Positions 46,095 to 55,714 are shown, counted from the stretch's first letter. The stretch is 64,000 bases of DNA from an uncultured Chloroflexia bacterium (GCA_963716375.1 OY970306.1:2296477-2360476), one strand, 5' to 3'. Numbers and translations: made by a program. The notes: generated by a model not told the origin, from the sequence alone.

Positions 46095-47417
46095 GCGCGG
46101 CCGGCGAACGTCACGAGGCGACCGACGTGGCGATCGTCGGCGGTGGGCCGGCAGGCGCCGCGCTGGCCATCAGGCTTGCCCGCGCCGGCCGGGAGGTCGT
46201 GCTCCTGGAACGGGCACCGGCATACCGCTGGCGCGCCTGCGGCGTCTTCAGCTCCCCGGCGACGCTGGCCGAGCTGTCGTCCCTCGGCCTGACCGAGCCA
46301 GACCTGGCGCGCGTGGCCCGCCCGATCCCGCGGCTCTGGGTCGCGGCTCCCGGCGGCACCGAGTTCCCGCTCGACTACGGCCGAGGCAGCGGCGACGAAC
46401 CCACGGCGGTCGGCTTCGATCGGTCGGCGCTCGATCCCCTGCTGCTAGAGCACGCCGCGGACGCCGGCGCGGACATCCGGCTCGGGACGACCGTGGCGGA
46501 GGTCGACCTGGCGGGCCCCGGCGGAGCGGCGAGCAGGAGGTGCGGGTGGCGGTGCCCGCCGACGGGCCGGCGGCCGGTTGACGCTCGCGGGTCCGAAGGG
46601 TCGTTCGACGCTCGAGGCGCGGCTCGTCGTCGGGGCCGACGGGATCCGCTCGACCGTCGCCCGAGCCGCCGGCGTCGCCCGGCCCGCCCGGCTGCCGGTG
46701 CGGATCGGGCTCACCTACCATGTCTCGGAGGCGGTCGACGCTGGCGGACGAGCGGTCGACGGGCGGATGATCGTCGTTCGAGGCGGCTACTGCGGCCTCG
46801 CTCCGGTGCCTGGAGGTCGCGTGAACGTCGGCATCGTCCTGTGGGGTCGCCAGCGGCGTGCAGCGCTGGCGCGACTCGGGGCGGCCACGGCCACGGCGGC
46901 CATCGTCGATTCGCTGCCGGCCTGGCCGGCCGGCCACGGCCCGAGCCTCGTCTCAAATCGCCTCGACGCGGTGGCGGGCGCGGCCCCGATCGCCCATCGC
47001 GTCAGCCGCCGGGCCGGCCCCGGCTGGATGCTGGTCGGCGATGCGGCCGGCTTCCTCGACCCATTCACGGGCGAGGGCCTGCACCGGGCGTTCGTGTCGG
47101 CTCGGTTGGCCGCGGCGGCGATCGGCGGGGGCGACGGCCGCTCGACGACCGCCCCTCGGATGACCTCCGCAGACACTCGCTCCACCGACATCGCCTCGGC
47201 CTACGAACGGGCCATGCGCGCCCAGTTCGCCGCCAAGGACCTCGTCAGCTGGATCGTCCAGCTCGTCGTCGCCCGCCCGGTCCTCTTCGACCATACCGCC
47301 ATCCGCCTCGCTCGCCGGGCGGCCCTGCGTGAGCAGATGGGCCTGGTCATGGGCGACCTCGCGCCGGCTCGCGAGGCGTTCGACCCACGCTTCCTGGCCG
47401 CGCTCATTGCCCCGTGA
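46091..47417 (+). pseudogene. FAD-dependent oxidoreductase (geranylgeranyl-reductase / UbiH-like family) interrupted by two apparent frameshifts
   Basis: The N-terminal part (frame of 46091) carries DVAIVGGGPAGAALAIRLA...TTVAEVDLAGPGG. A middle piece, EQEVRVAVPADGPAAG, lies in the frame of ORF 46009..46581. The C-terminal part (frame of 46578) carries TLAGPKGRSTLEARLVVGADGIRSTVAR...GDAAGFLDPFTGEGL. The frame changes near 46522-46530 and near 46577-46581. Both ends have GTGA overlaps with neighbouring genes. These could be assembly indels. Confidence 0.65.
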
Positions 47418-47875
47418 CGAACCCCGCCGACTCCCCGCACCGCCCGGATCGCGTCATCCGCCTCGGCGCCTATGCCGTCTGCGTGGACGATCGCCGGATC
47501 CTCCTGTGCCGGATGGCGCCGGGCTACCCGCGGGCGGGCGCCTGGACACTGCCCGGTGGCGGCGTCCACTTCGGCGAGGACCCGAACGTCGCCGTGCTGC
47601 GCGAGCTGGCCGAGGAGACCGGCCTCAGCGGCGCCGTCGAGGCGCCCCTCGGCGTGTATTCGCGCCACATCCCGCCGACCGAGTCGCAGTCCGGCCGCGA
47701 CATCCACGTCGTCGGCCTCGTGTTCCGGGTGCGGATCACCGGCGGGACGCTCCGCGACGAGGTCGACGAATCGACCGACCGCAGCGCCTGGATGGATCTC
47801 GACGACCTCAGCCACCTCGACGTCGTCGACATCGCGACCTTCGCGCTGCGGCTCCTCGACAGCCCGGACTCCTGA
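47414..47875 (+). CDS. Nudix hydrolase (intact Nudix box)
   Basis: 153 aa. GGGVHFGEDPNVAVLRELAEETGL matches Gx5Ex7REUxEExGU. Confidence 0.88.
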   Translation: MTNPADSPHRPDRVIRLGAYAVCVDDRRILLCRMAPGYPRAGAWTLPGGGVHFGEDPNVAVLRELAEETGLSGAVEAPLGVYSRHIPPTESQSGRDIHVVGLVFRVRITGGTLRDEVDESTDRSAWMDLDDLSHLDVVDIATFALRLLDSPDS

Positions 47876-47880
47876 CCTCG

Positions 47881-48495
47881 ATGCACTCGGCAGTCTCGAT
47901 CGACATCGCGGCGTCGCCGCAGCTCGTCTTCCGGCTGGCCGCGGACGTCGAGCGCTGGCCCCAGCTCCTGCCCCACTACCAGCGCGCTCGTCGGATCCGC
48001 ACCGATCCCGACGGCGTTCGCGTCGTGCTGTTCGTCGCGCGCCGGCCGCTCGTGCCGCCGCTTGGTCTCGGCCTGCCCGTGGCCTGGCGAGCTCGGACCT
48101 GGGCCGAGCCGGAACGCCGCCAGCTGCAATTCGTCCACGTCGGCGGCCCGACCGGGGGCATGGACGTGACGTGGCACATCGAGCCGGCGGTGAGCGGCAG
48201 TCGCGTCACGATCGACCATGCCTTCGAGCGCGCCGTCCCGCTGCCGATCCTCGGCCCGCTGCTCGGGGCCGGGTTGTGGCCGGCGTTCATCGACCGCTTC
48301 TTCACCCGACCGATCGCGGGCCGGACGCTAGCCACCTTCAAGGCCCTGGCGGAAGCGCTCGCGGCCGAGGAGCCAGCCAACGGCGGCGGATCGATCGCCA
48401 GCGACAGATCCCGTGCCGCCGCGCCCCGTGCCGTCGACGGATCCCGAGCCGGCGATGAGTCCGCCCGGTCGTCGCGAACGAATCTCTGGCCATGA
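47881..48495 (+). CDS. SRPBCC-superfamily protein (polyketide cyclase/dehydrase or COQ10-like)
   Basis: 204 aa, from the internal ATG of the listed 47329..48495 ORF. MHSAVSIDIAASPQLVFRLAADVERWPQLLPHY is the typical N-terminus of this fold. Its stop overlaps the KS start (ATGA). Confidence 0.72.
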   Translation: MHSAVSIDIAASPQLVFRLAADVERWPQLLPHYQRARRIRTDPDGVRVVLFVARRPLVPPLGLGLPVAWRARTWAEPERRQLQFVHVGGPTGGMDVTWHIEPAVSGSRVTIDHAFERAVPLPILGPLLGAGLWPAFIDRFFTRPIAGRTLATFKALAEALAAEEPANGGGSIASDRSRAAAPRAVDGSRAGDESARSSRTNLWP

Positions 48496-49770
48496 CCGAT
48501 CGACGCGACTCCCCCCGCCGGGTCTGGATCACGGGGATCGGCGTGATCACGGCGATCGGCCTCGGCCGCGATGCCTTCTGGGCCGGCGTCCAGGCCGGCC
48601 GCTCACCCGTCCGCCGGATCGACCGCTTCGACCCCTCGGCGTTCCGCTCCCAGGTCGCAGCACAGGTCGATGACTTCGACCCGGTCGATTTCATGCCGCC
48701 CAAGACGGCCCGCCAGCTCGACCGGTTCAGCCAGTTCGGCCTCGTGGCGGGACAGATGGCGCTCGCGGACGCGGGCCTCGTCCCCGGCCGCGACGGCGCG
48801 GCGCACCCGCAGGCAATCGGCATCTACCTCGGCAGTGCCCTCGGCGGGATCGCCTATGCCGAGGAGCAGCACGAGCGCTATCTCGAACGCGGCATCCGCT
48901 CCGTGGCGCCGAACCTCGCCCTGGCGGTCTTCGGCGGGGCGGCGCCGGCCAACCTCGGGATCGCGCTCGACGTTCGGGGCCCGATCCTCTCGACCGCGAA
49001 TTCCTGCGCCTCCGGCGCCGTGGCCATCGGCGAGGCCCTCGGCGCGATCCGGACCGGCGAGATCGATGCGGCCGTGGCGGGCGGCGTCGAGATTCCCGCT
49101 GAGCCCGCTCGCGTTCGGGGCCTTCGACATCATCCGGGCCCTTTCGGCCGGCCACAACGAGTGTCCCGACGGCGCGGCGCGGCCCTTCGATCGCGAACGA
49201 GATGGATTCGTGATGGGCGAAGGCGCGGCGCTGCTCGTCCTCGAGGATGCCGAGACCGCGGCCCGCCGCGGCGCCACGCCCTACGCCGAGGTGCTGGGCT
49301 ACGGCGCGACATCCGATGCCCATCACATGGTCCAGCCCCGGCCCGACGGCACCGAGGCGGCCCGCGCGGCCTCCATCGCGCTGCGGACGGGCGGCGTGGC
49401 GCCTGACGAGATCGACTACGTGAACGCACACGCCTCCTCGACGCCGATCGGCGACCTGGCCGAGGCCCGCGCGATCGGTCTCGCCCTCGGCCGGCGCGCG
49501 GCCGACGTCCCCGTCAGCGGCACGAAGGCCCTGTACGGGCACCCGCTCGGGGCATCGGGCGCGATCGAGGCAGCGTTGTGCGCCCTGACGATTGCGCGTG
49601 GCTGGGCGCCGCCGTCGGTCAACCTCGCCGACCCCGACGCGGAGATCGCCGAGTTGCTGCCGGGCCTGCTCCGCGAAGGCCGAGCCGGTACCTACCGGCG
49701 GGTCCTCTCGACGTCGTTCGGCTTCGGCGGCCTCAACGCGGCCCTCGTTTTCGGGGCGCCGGAAGGCTGA
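48492..49770 (+). pseudogene. FabF/KAS I-II-type beta-ketoacyl synthase interrupted by one apparent frameshift
   Basis: Frame 1 reads VWITGIGVITAIG...TANSCASGAVAIG (active-site Cys)...AVAGGVEIP. Frame 2 reads LSPLAFGAFDIIRALS...VNAHASSTPIGD (His)...YGHPLGASGA (His)...SFGFGGLNAALVF. The shift falls at the C-run at 49095-49097. This could be an assembly indel. Confidence 0.7.
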
Positions 49771-49800
49771 GCGGTGGGACATCGCGCCGCCCAGGATGTG

Positions 49801-50060
49801 GTCAGATTCTCACCCGGCGGGCCTTAGCCAAGGATCTGCGAAGGGCACCGGGCCCGCGGACCCGCGATTCGGGCCCGTTGTCCCGTCCAGGTATCCGCCG
49901 TCGTCTAACCACGATTCCCCGGGCTGGTCGGACGCCGGCCCGGATCTGGCTAACGGTCACGGGGCGGGAATCTGAGAGGAACGACGACGAATCCGCGGGC
50001 CGGGGCGTCGGTTCGACGCCGGCATCGCCCAGGAACGGGGCGAGTGGCTCCAGCGCGGCC
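49801..50060 (+). repeat. intergenic repeat family, locus 3: inverted pair of tail modules (49801-49873 / 49905-49977) followed by core copy 3 (49977-50060)
   Basis: TCAGATTC...CCTTAGCC (plus strand) is mirrored by GGCTAACGGTCAC...GAATCTGA. The core follows: AGGAACGACGACGAATCCGCGGGCCGGGGCGTCGGTTCGACGCC...GAGTGGCTCCAGCGCGGCCGCCACTC. Confidence 0.7.
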
Positions 50061-50101
50061 GCCACTCCCCGCGGCCGCCACCCCCCGCGGCCGCCACTCG
50101 C
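50054..50101 (+). repeat. 16-nt tandem repeat x3 (CGCGGCCGCCAC(T/C)C(C/G)C(C))
   Basis: The three units are CGCGGCCGCCACTCCC, CGCGGCCGCCACCCCC and CGCGGCCGCCACTCGC. Each contains a GCGGCCGC palindrome. The array ends 1 nt before the dipeptidase stop codon. Confidence 0.85.
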
Positions 50102-50102
50102 C

Positions 50103-51206
50103 CTATGCGGGCAGCGTCCGTTCGAACAGCCGGACCCAGTTGCGGAACATGATGTTCTCCACGTCCGACTCGGCATAGCCGCGCCGGCGGAGGATGCCCT
50201 CGATCCTGTGGTAATCCATGATCGTGTCGACGTCGGCCGGGGCACACTCACGGCCGCCCTGGCCGTCGGTGTCGCCGCCGATTCCGGCGTGGAGGGCATC
50301 GCCGGCCATCTGGCAGACGTAGTCGATGTGGTTGACGAGATCCTCGAGCGTCACCTCGGCCCGCTGGAACCACTTGCGGTTGTTCGGCCAGGCGTCCGTG
50401 CCCCAATCGGGCGCGCCCTTCGGCCATAGCATCCAGGTGTCCATCGAGGCACCGACCACACCGTCCCGATCGATCACCGCCTGGATCAGGTCGTCGGGCA
50501 GTTGTCGCTCGCCGGCACAGAGGGCGCGGGCATTCGAGTGCGTCGCCAGCAGCGGCCCCTCGAACACCGCCAGCGCCTCGCGAACCGAGGCATCGGACGT
50601 GTGCGTCACGTCGAGCAGCATCCCGAGCCGGTCCATCTCGCGCAGGAAGGCCGGTCCCCGCTCGAGCAGGCCGCCGTCCGTCCCGGTCCCCGTGCCATGG
50701 GCGTAGGGGCTGACGCCGTAGTGGCCGAGGCTGATCAGCCGGATCCCATCGTCCCACCACTCGCCGAGCTGGGCCGGTTCGACGACCGAATCCGCGCCCT
50801 CCAGGCCGAGCACGGCGCCCACCGCCAGCTTCGATCGGGCCGCCTCGCTGCCGTCGGCCGCCGTCCATTCCGCGATCTGGGCCGTGACGTCGCCGCGCGT
50901 CCGGATGATGCGGAGCTCGCCCTCGTCCTCGAGCGCGTCGTAGTAGCCGATCTGGCCCTTGCCGATGGCGTAGGTCAGGTGCGGCCTGTTGGCGCCGTTG
51001 ATCGTGTTGCCTTCCCGCTGCATGTCCGAGCAGACCTTGAGGATCGCGATGGCCATGCCTGCCCGGCGCATCTCCGGCAGGGAGGCGAGTGCGATGTTCT
51101 CGTAGTCGCGGTCGCGAGCCCGCATCTCGTCGAGCGGCAGGGTCACGTCCCGCCGCAGCGACAGCGCGAGCGGGGCCATCGGGTAGTCGCCATCGACGAT
51201 CAGCAC
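50103..51206 (-). CDS. membrane-dipeptidase-family (peptidase M19) protein
   Basis: 367 aa: GLEGADSV, GIRLISLGHYG, LLDVTHTSD, ATHSNARALC and GIGGDTDG. GTG start with GAGGAGG 5 nt upstream. The usual N-terminal H-x-D is D-G-D here (VDGDYP). Confidence 0.8.
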   Translation of the reverse strand: MLIVDGDYPMAPLALSLRRDVTLPLDEMRARDRDYENIALASLPEMRRAGMAIAILKVCSDMQREGNTINGANRPHLTYAIGKGQIGYYDALEDEGELRIIRTRGDVTAQIAEWTAADGSEAARSKLAVGAVLGLEGADSVVEPAQLGEWWDDGIRLISLGHYGVSPYAHGTGTGTDGGLLERGPAFLREMDRLGMLLDVTHTSDASVREALAVFEGPLLATHSNARALCAGERQLPDDLIQAVIDRDGVVGASMDTWMLWPKGAPDWGTDAWPNNRKWFQRAEVTLEDLVNHIDYVCQMAGDALHAGIGGDTDGQGGRECAPADVDTIMDYHRIEGILRRRGYAESDVENIMFRNWVRLFERTLPA

Positions 51207-51427
51207 GCGATCCTCCTCAAGGTCGTCTCAGCGCCGCAGAGCGGCGAGCCCTCCGGCCGGCCGCTGGGTGACGGTTCTCGACCGTGATTCTGCGGCAGCC
51301 GGACTCACGCCGCGACGTGATCGCCGCAGGACCGGAAACCCGCGACGAGCCGCGACGGAGCACGGAACGCGCCACCTGCCCGGCTAGACTACGGTCGCGC
51401 CCCGGCCGGTTGGGAGGCCGGCAAGCG

Positions 51428-52114
51428 ATGCCACGGGATGAGGTCCTCATGCAGGCAGAGATCTACCGCGGTCGCCCGAATCTCCTCATGGATCACCTCC
51501 AGCTGGGCCTGCGGCCGGCCGGCGAGGCGGACCCGCGGGTCTACCTGAGCCTGTACGTGATCCCGTGGTCCCGCGAGCTCGGCGCCGGTCACGTGGCGCT
51601 CCTGCGGCACGTCCCGGCCAACCCTGGTGGCGCGCGCGACGAGGATCAGACGGTCGATGCCACGCTCAGCGACAACCCGGCGCTCGCCCGGGCGCTCCAA
51701 TCGCAGCTCCGGGCGGTCGGCTACAACCGCGTCGACCTGACGACCGAGCCGCGGCCGGCGAGCTTCACCCGCAGCCCGCTGCGCGATCAGGAGCACGTGC
51801 GCTACCTGATCGCCTCGATCGGCCTCGAGATCGATGCGCGCTGGGAGGAACTCGGCGAGCCGATTTTCGCCGCCGGACCGGCGCCGCAGCGACCGGCCGA
51901 CCAGGAGATCTGGTCGATGCTGTTCGAGGCGGGGCGCGCCAGCCTGGCCATCAACGGCAGCCCGGTGCCAGGCTCGCCGTACCGGCTGGAGCACTGGCGC
52001 GACTGGCTCGGTCGAACGCTCTGCTCGGCCCACGTGGCGCGCGGCGAGATCCTGGCCGATCGCCCGACCGACGGCTCCGATTGGACCGGTCGAGGGACGG
52101 CCGCGAAACCCTGA
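51428..52114 (+). CDS. hypothetical protein (228 aa), no recognised domain
   Basis: From the internal ATG of the listed 51284..52114 ORF, with GGGAGG 10 nt upstream. Codon third positions are GC-rich throughout. No motif I can name. Confidence 0.5.
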   Translation: MPRDEVLMQAEIYRGRPNLLMDHLQLGLRPAGEADPRVYLSLYVIPWSRELGAGHVALLRHVPANPGGARDEDQTVDATLSDNPALARALQSQLRAVGYNRVDLTTEPRPASFTRSPLRDQEHVRYLIASIGLEIDARWEELGEPIFAAGPAPQRPADQEIWSMLFEAGRASLAINGSPVPGSPYRLEHWRDWLGRTLCSAHVARGEILADRPTDGSDWTGRGTAAKP

Positions 52115-52152
52115 GCCTCGCGGAAGCCTCGAGGTGGCGGGTCGACCACGAC

Positions 52153-53721
52153 CTACCGCTTCCGCACCACTCGTCCGGGCAGCGCCCCCGTCCACGCACC
52201 GTGATCGAGCGCCTGCGTGCCGTTGACCACGACCGCATCGATGCCGACGGGCTCGAGCCGCGGCTGCTCCCAGGTCGAGCGATCGGCGACGGTCGCCGGG
52301 TCGAAGACGACGATGTCCGCGGCGAGGCCCTCGACGAGCCGCCCGCGGTCGCCGACGTTGTACCGGTCGGCCACCATGCCGCTCATCTTGTGGATCGCCG
52401 TCTCGAGGCTGACCGCCTTGAGCTCGCGCACCTGGTAGCGCAGGACCCGAGCGAAGCAGCCTGCCCCGCGCGGATGCGGCAGCTGGCCGTGGGCGATGCC
52501 GTCGCTCGCGACGAGCATCCGCGGGTGCGTGATCGTCGCCCGGACCGTCGGCTCGAACTCCTCGTCCGTAAAGCCGCGGTGGTAGACGAGGAGCGCGTCC
52601 GGCAACTCCTCTTCCACGAGGACGGTGACGAAATCGCGCAGGGACAGGCCCTCGCTCTCGGCCGCTTCGGGGATCGTCTGGCCGATGAAGCGGCCGGTCT
52701 TCGTCTCGGAGAAGTACGCGCGAGCCCGGTTGTTGGCGGGCAGGTCCAGGGCCAGGTGCAGGCTGTCGACGATCCGGTCGCGGTAGGCGGGGTCGCGCAT
52801 CCGGACCTGGAGCGCGTCGGGTCCGCCGACCTGGTCCGGCAGTGGCAGGCTCATCAGGAAGTGGGTCGAGCCGGCAGGATACATGTACGACTCGATGGAG
52901 AAGTCCGCCGTGCCCTCCCGCTCGGCGGCCTCGATCAGCGGCCGATGTTCCGGCTCGACGCTGAAATGGGCGATGCTCACCGGGATCCCGGCCTCCCGGC
53001 TGATCGTCATCGTCTCCTCGAAGGCGGCCGCGGTGCCGACCCCCGAGTAGCGGATGTGCGCGGCGTAGACGCCGTCGTACTCGGCGACGACCCTGGCGAG
53101 CTCGACCAGCTCTCGCGTGTCCGAGTTCGCGCCCGGCTGGTAGTCGAGGCCGGCGTTGAGGCCGACCGCTCCTGCGTCCATCCACTCGCGGGTTGCCTGC
53201 CGCATCTGCTCGAGCTCGGCGTCGGTCGCAATCCGCGGCTCCCAGCCCATCGCCCCGAAGCGAATCCCGTTGTGCGGCGCCATCGGGATGACGTTCTCCG
53301 GGATGCGGCCCGGGAAGATGGCGAGGAACTTCTCGACGGTCGGCCAGTCGAAGTCGAAGTCGCCGGGACCGGTCGCGAAGATCGTCGAGCGCCACAGCTC
53401 CATGGCCTTCTCGCGGGACAGCGGGGCCCAGCCGAAGCCATCCGGCGCGGTCATGATCGAGGTCACGCCCTGCTGGAGGTTGGCAAACCGGCCGAGCGCC
53501 CCCTCCTGGGGCAGCGCGATCTCCGTGTGGCTGTGGGCATCGATGAAGCCCGGGCTGACGATCCGGCCGGTCGCGTCGATCTCGCGGGCGGCCGTCGAGC
53601 CGGTCAGGTCGCCGATGGCGGCGATCCGGTCACCGTTGACGCCGACGTCGGCACGCCGGGCCACGGCCCCCGCCGAGCCGTCGATCACCGAACCGCCACG
53701 GACGATCAGGTCGAACTCCAT
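52153..53721 (-). CDS. D-aminoacylase (N-acyl-D-amino-acid deacylase) family amidohydrolase
   Basis: 522 aa: MEFDLIVRGGSVIDGS, SPGFIDAHSHTE, and a C-terminal beta-sandwich with VVNGT. Confidence 0.88.
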   Translation of the reverse strand: MEFDLIVRGGSVIDGSAGAVARRADVGVNGDRIAAIGDLTGSTAAREIDATGRIVSPGFIDAHSHTEIALPQEGALGRFANLQQGVTSIMTAPDGFGWAPLSREKAMELWRSTIFATGPGDFDFDWPTVEKFLAIFPGRIPENVIPMAPHNGIRFGAMGWEPRIATDAELEQMRQATREWMDAGAVGLNAGLDYQPGANSDTRELVELARVVAEYDGVYAAHIRYSGVGTAAAFEETMTISREAGIPVSIAHFSVEPEHRPLIEAAEREGTADFSIESYMYPAGSTHFLMSLPLPDQVGGPDALQVRMRDPAYRDRIVDSLHLALDLPANNRARAYFSETKTGRFIGQTIPEAAESEGLSLRDFVTVLVEEELPDALLVYHRGFTDEEFEPTVRATITHPRMLVASDGIAHGQLPHPRGAGCFARVLRYQVRELKAVSLETAIHKMSGMVADRYNVGDRGRLVEGLAADIVVFDPATVADRSTWEQPRLEPVGIDAVVVNGTQALDHGAWTGALPGRVVRKR

Positions 53722-53809
53722 CGGAACTCCTCACAGGTGGCGGTCGGGCGAACTCACGAGGGGGGCGCCCGAATGATATCGAGCGCTCGGGATGGACACC
53801 GGGCGAAGG

Positions 53810-54664
53810 TCAGCTCCGCCGCTGCGACTTGGGATCGAGCGCGTCGCGGAGGCCGTCGCCGACGAAGTTGACGGCGAGGACGAGCAAGGCGATGACCATC
53901 CCGGCCGGGAGCCAGAACCATGGTGCTCCCTGCAGGACCGCGGGAGCGCGCGCTTCGATGATCATGTTGCCGAGACTCGGCTGCGGCGCCTGGACCCCGA
54001 GGCCGAGGAATGACAGGCTGGCCTCGAGCAGGATCGCGCTGGCGACGCCGAAGGTGGCCACGACCGTCAGGGGCCCGACAAGGTTCGGCAGCAGGTGGCG
54101 GGTCACGATGGCGCGATCGGCGACGCCGACCACGCGGGCCGCGATCACGAACTCCGCCTCCCGCAGGAACAGCAGCTGGCCGCGCACGATGCGCGCCACG
54201 GCGGGCCAGCCGAGGAGGCCGATGACGGCGATGACCGAGATCAGGCTCGGCCCGATCACCGCGACGAAGATGATCACGAAGAGCAGCGTCGGGATGCTCA
54301 GGACGACGTCCGTGCAGCGCATCAGGAACTGGTCCACGCCGCCGCCGAGGAAGCCCGCCAGCAGCCCGATCAGCGTGCCGATCGTGACGTAGACAGCGAC
54401 GGCGCCGAAGCCGACGATCAGGGACGTCCGGGCGCCGAGTGCGACTCGGGCCAGGACGTCGCGCCCGGACGTGTCGGTGCCCAGGATGTGGCCGAATCCT
54501 GGCGGCGCGGGCGGGGGCCGCGAGATGTCCGTGAAGAACGGGTCGCCGAGTACCAGCGGCCCGAAGATGGCCAGCAAGGTGAACGCGCCGAGCGTGACCA
54601 GGCCCAGCATGGCCAGGCGATGGCGGCGGAACCGGACGAGCGGTCGCATGCAGCAGCGATTCAT
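53810..54664 (-). CDS. ABC peptide-type transporter permease (DppC/OppC-like)
   Basis: 284 aa: ILGTDTSGRDVLARV and an EAA-like loop. An alternative start lies at 54649. Confidence 0.88.
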   Translation of the reverse strand: MNRCCMRPLVRFRRHRLAMLGLVTLGAFTLLAIFGPLVLGDPFFTDISRPPPAPPGFGHILGTDTSGRDVLARVALGARTSLIVGFGAVAVYVTIGTLIGLLAGFLGGGVDQFLMRCTDVVLSIPTLLFVIIFVAVIGPSLISVIAVIGLLGWPAVARIVRGQLLFLREAEFVIAARVVGVADRAIVTRHLLPNLVGPLTVVATFGVASAILLEASLSFLGLGVQAPQPSLGNMIIEARAPAVLQGAPWFWLPAGMVIALLVLAVNFVGDGLRDALDPKSQRRS

Positions 54665-54702
54665 GTGCCGTGAGTGCGACCTGGTTTGCTGCGGTCATGG
54701 CG

Positions 54703-55714
54703 TCAGCGTCCGGTCAATCGGATGCGCGGGTCGACGTAGGTGTACGCGACGTCGGTCACGATGTTCATGATCAGGACGACCACGGCCACGAGCAGGACGA
54801 TGCCCATCATCAGCGACGGGTCCCGCTGGGACGCCGCGCGCACCGCCAGGAGCCCCATCCCGGGCCACGAGAAGACCTGCTCGGTGATGATCGCGCCGGC
54901 CACGAGATCGGGCAGCAGCAGCCCGACGATCGTGATGATCGGGATGAGGGCGTTACGCAGGCCGTGGCGGATCAGCACGGTCCGGCTGACGAGGCCCTTC
55001 GAGCGGGCCGTCGTGACGTATTCGCTGCCAAGGACCTCGAGCATGCTGGCCCGGGTATAGCGCATCAGCGGCGCGGCGCTCGCAAAGCCGAGGATCAGCA
55101 CTGGCATCACCATGTGGCCGCTGAGGTCGAGCGGGTTGAATGGTTTGCCGAGCGTCGTCATCCCCCCGATGGGGAGCAGGTGGAACGACACGCCGGCGAC
55201 GTAGATGAGGATCAGCCCGAGAACGAACGTCGGCGTGCTGATGATGATCATCGTGACGCTGGTCAAGCAGGTAGTCGAGCTTGCCGTACTGCTTGACGGC
55301 CGAGATGACCCCGAAGGGGATGCCCACCAGCAGGGCGAGCAGGAGCGCGGACGTCATCAGCAGGAGCGTGGGACCGATCCTGGGCAGGATCTCGTCGATG
55401 ACCGGGCGGCGGGTCGACAGCGTGTAGCCGAGATTGCCCTCGAGCACGCCTGCGACTGCCTTGTCGCCGGTGACGGCCGCCACGACCGGCTGCAGGCCGA
55501 TCCAGCGGATGTAGCGGACGTATGGCGGCCCGTCGAGCCCGAGGTCCTTCCGGACCGCTTCGATCTGCGCGGGCGTCATGTGCGCGCGCGCTTCCGGATC
55601 GATCAGCGTCCCGAGCTGGTCCGGGGCCGTGGACAGGATCGCGAACGCGATGACGGTGATCCCGAACAGGACCGGGATCGCGATGAGGATGCGGCGGAGG
55701 ATGTAGGCGCCCAT
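54703..55714 (-). pseudogene. ABC peptide-type transporter permease (DppB/OppB-like) interrupted by one apparent frameshift
   Basis: The N-terminal frame reads MGAYILRRILIAIPVLFGITVIAFAIL...AVKQYGKLDYL. The C-terminal frame reads TSVTMIIISTPTFVLGLILIY...EYVTTARSKGL...TDVAYTYVDPRIR. The junction is near 55262-55267. This could be an assembly indel. Confidence 0.7.

Noticed and set aside
49725-49775. The 3' end of the KS gene (GGCCTCAACGCGGCCCTCG...GGCTGAGC) resembles repeat block B (GGCTCCAGCGCGGCCCCTGAGC), suggesting a fifth core copy
   Set aside because: The stretch encodes the conserved KS C-terminus GGLNAALVF, so the similarity is most simply coincidental or the seed of the adjacent repeat. 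It is not an independent copy.
49961-50030. tRNA or tRNA pseudogene suggested by GGTTCGA, a 5-bp T-stem (GTCGG/CCGGC) and a 6-bp acceptor-like pairing (GGGCGG/TCGCCC) over 70 nt in repeat copy 3
   Set aside because: No D-arm or anticodon arm can be drawn. The acceptor-like pairing is not reproduced in copies 1, 2 and 4. I treat the T-arm resemblance as a feature of the repeat family, not as a tRNA gene.
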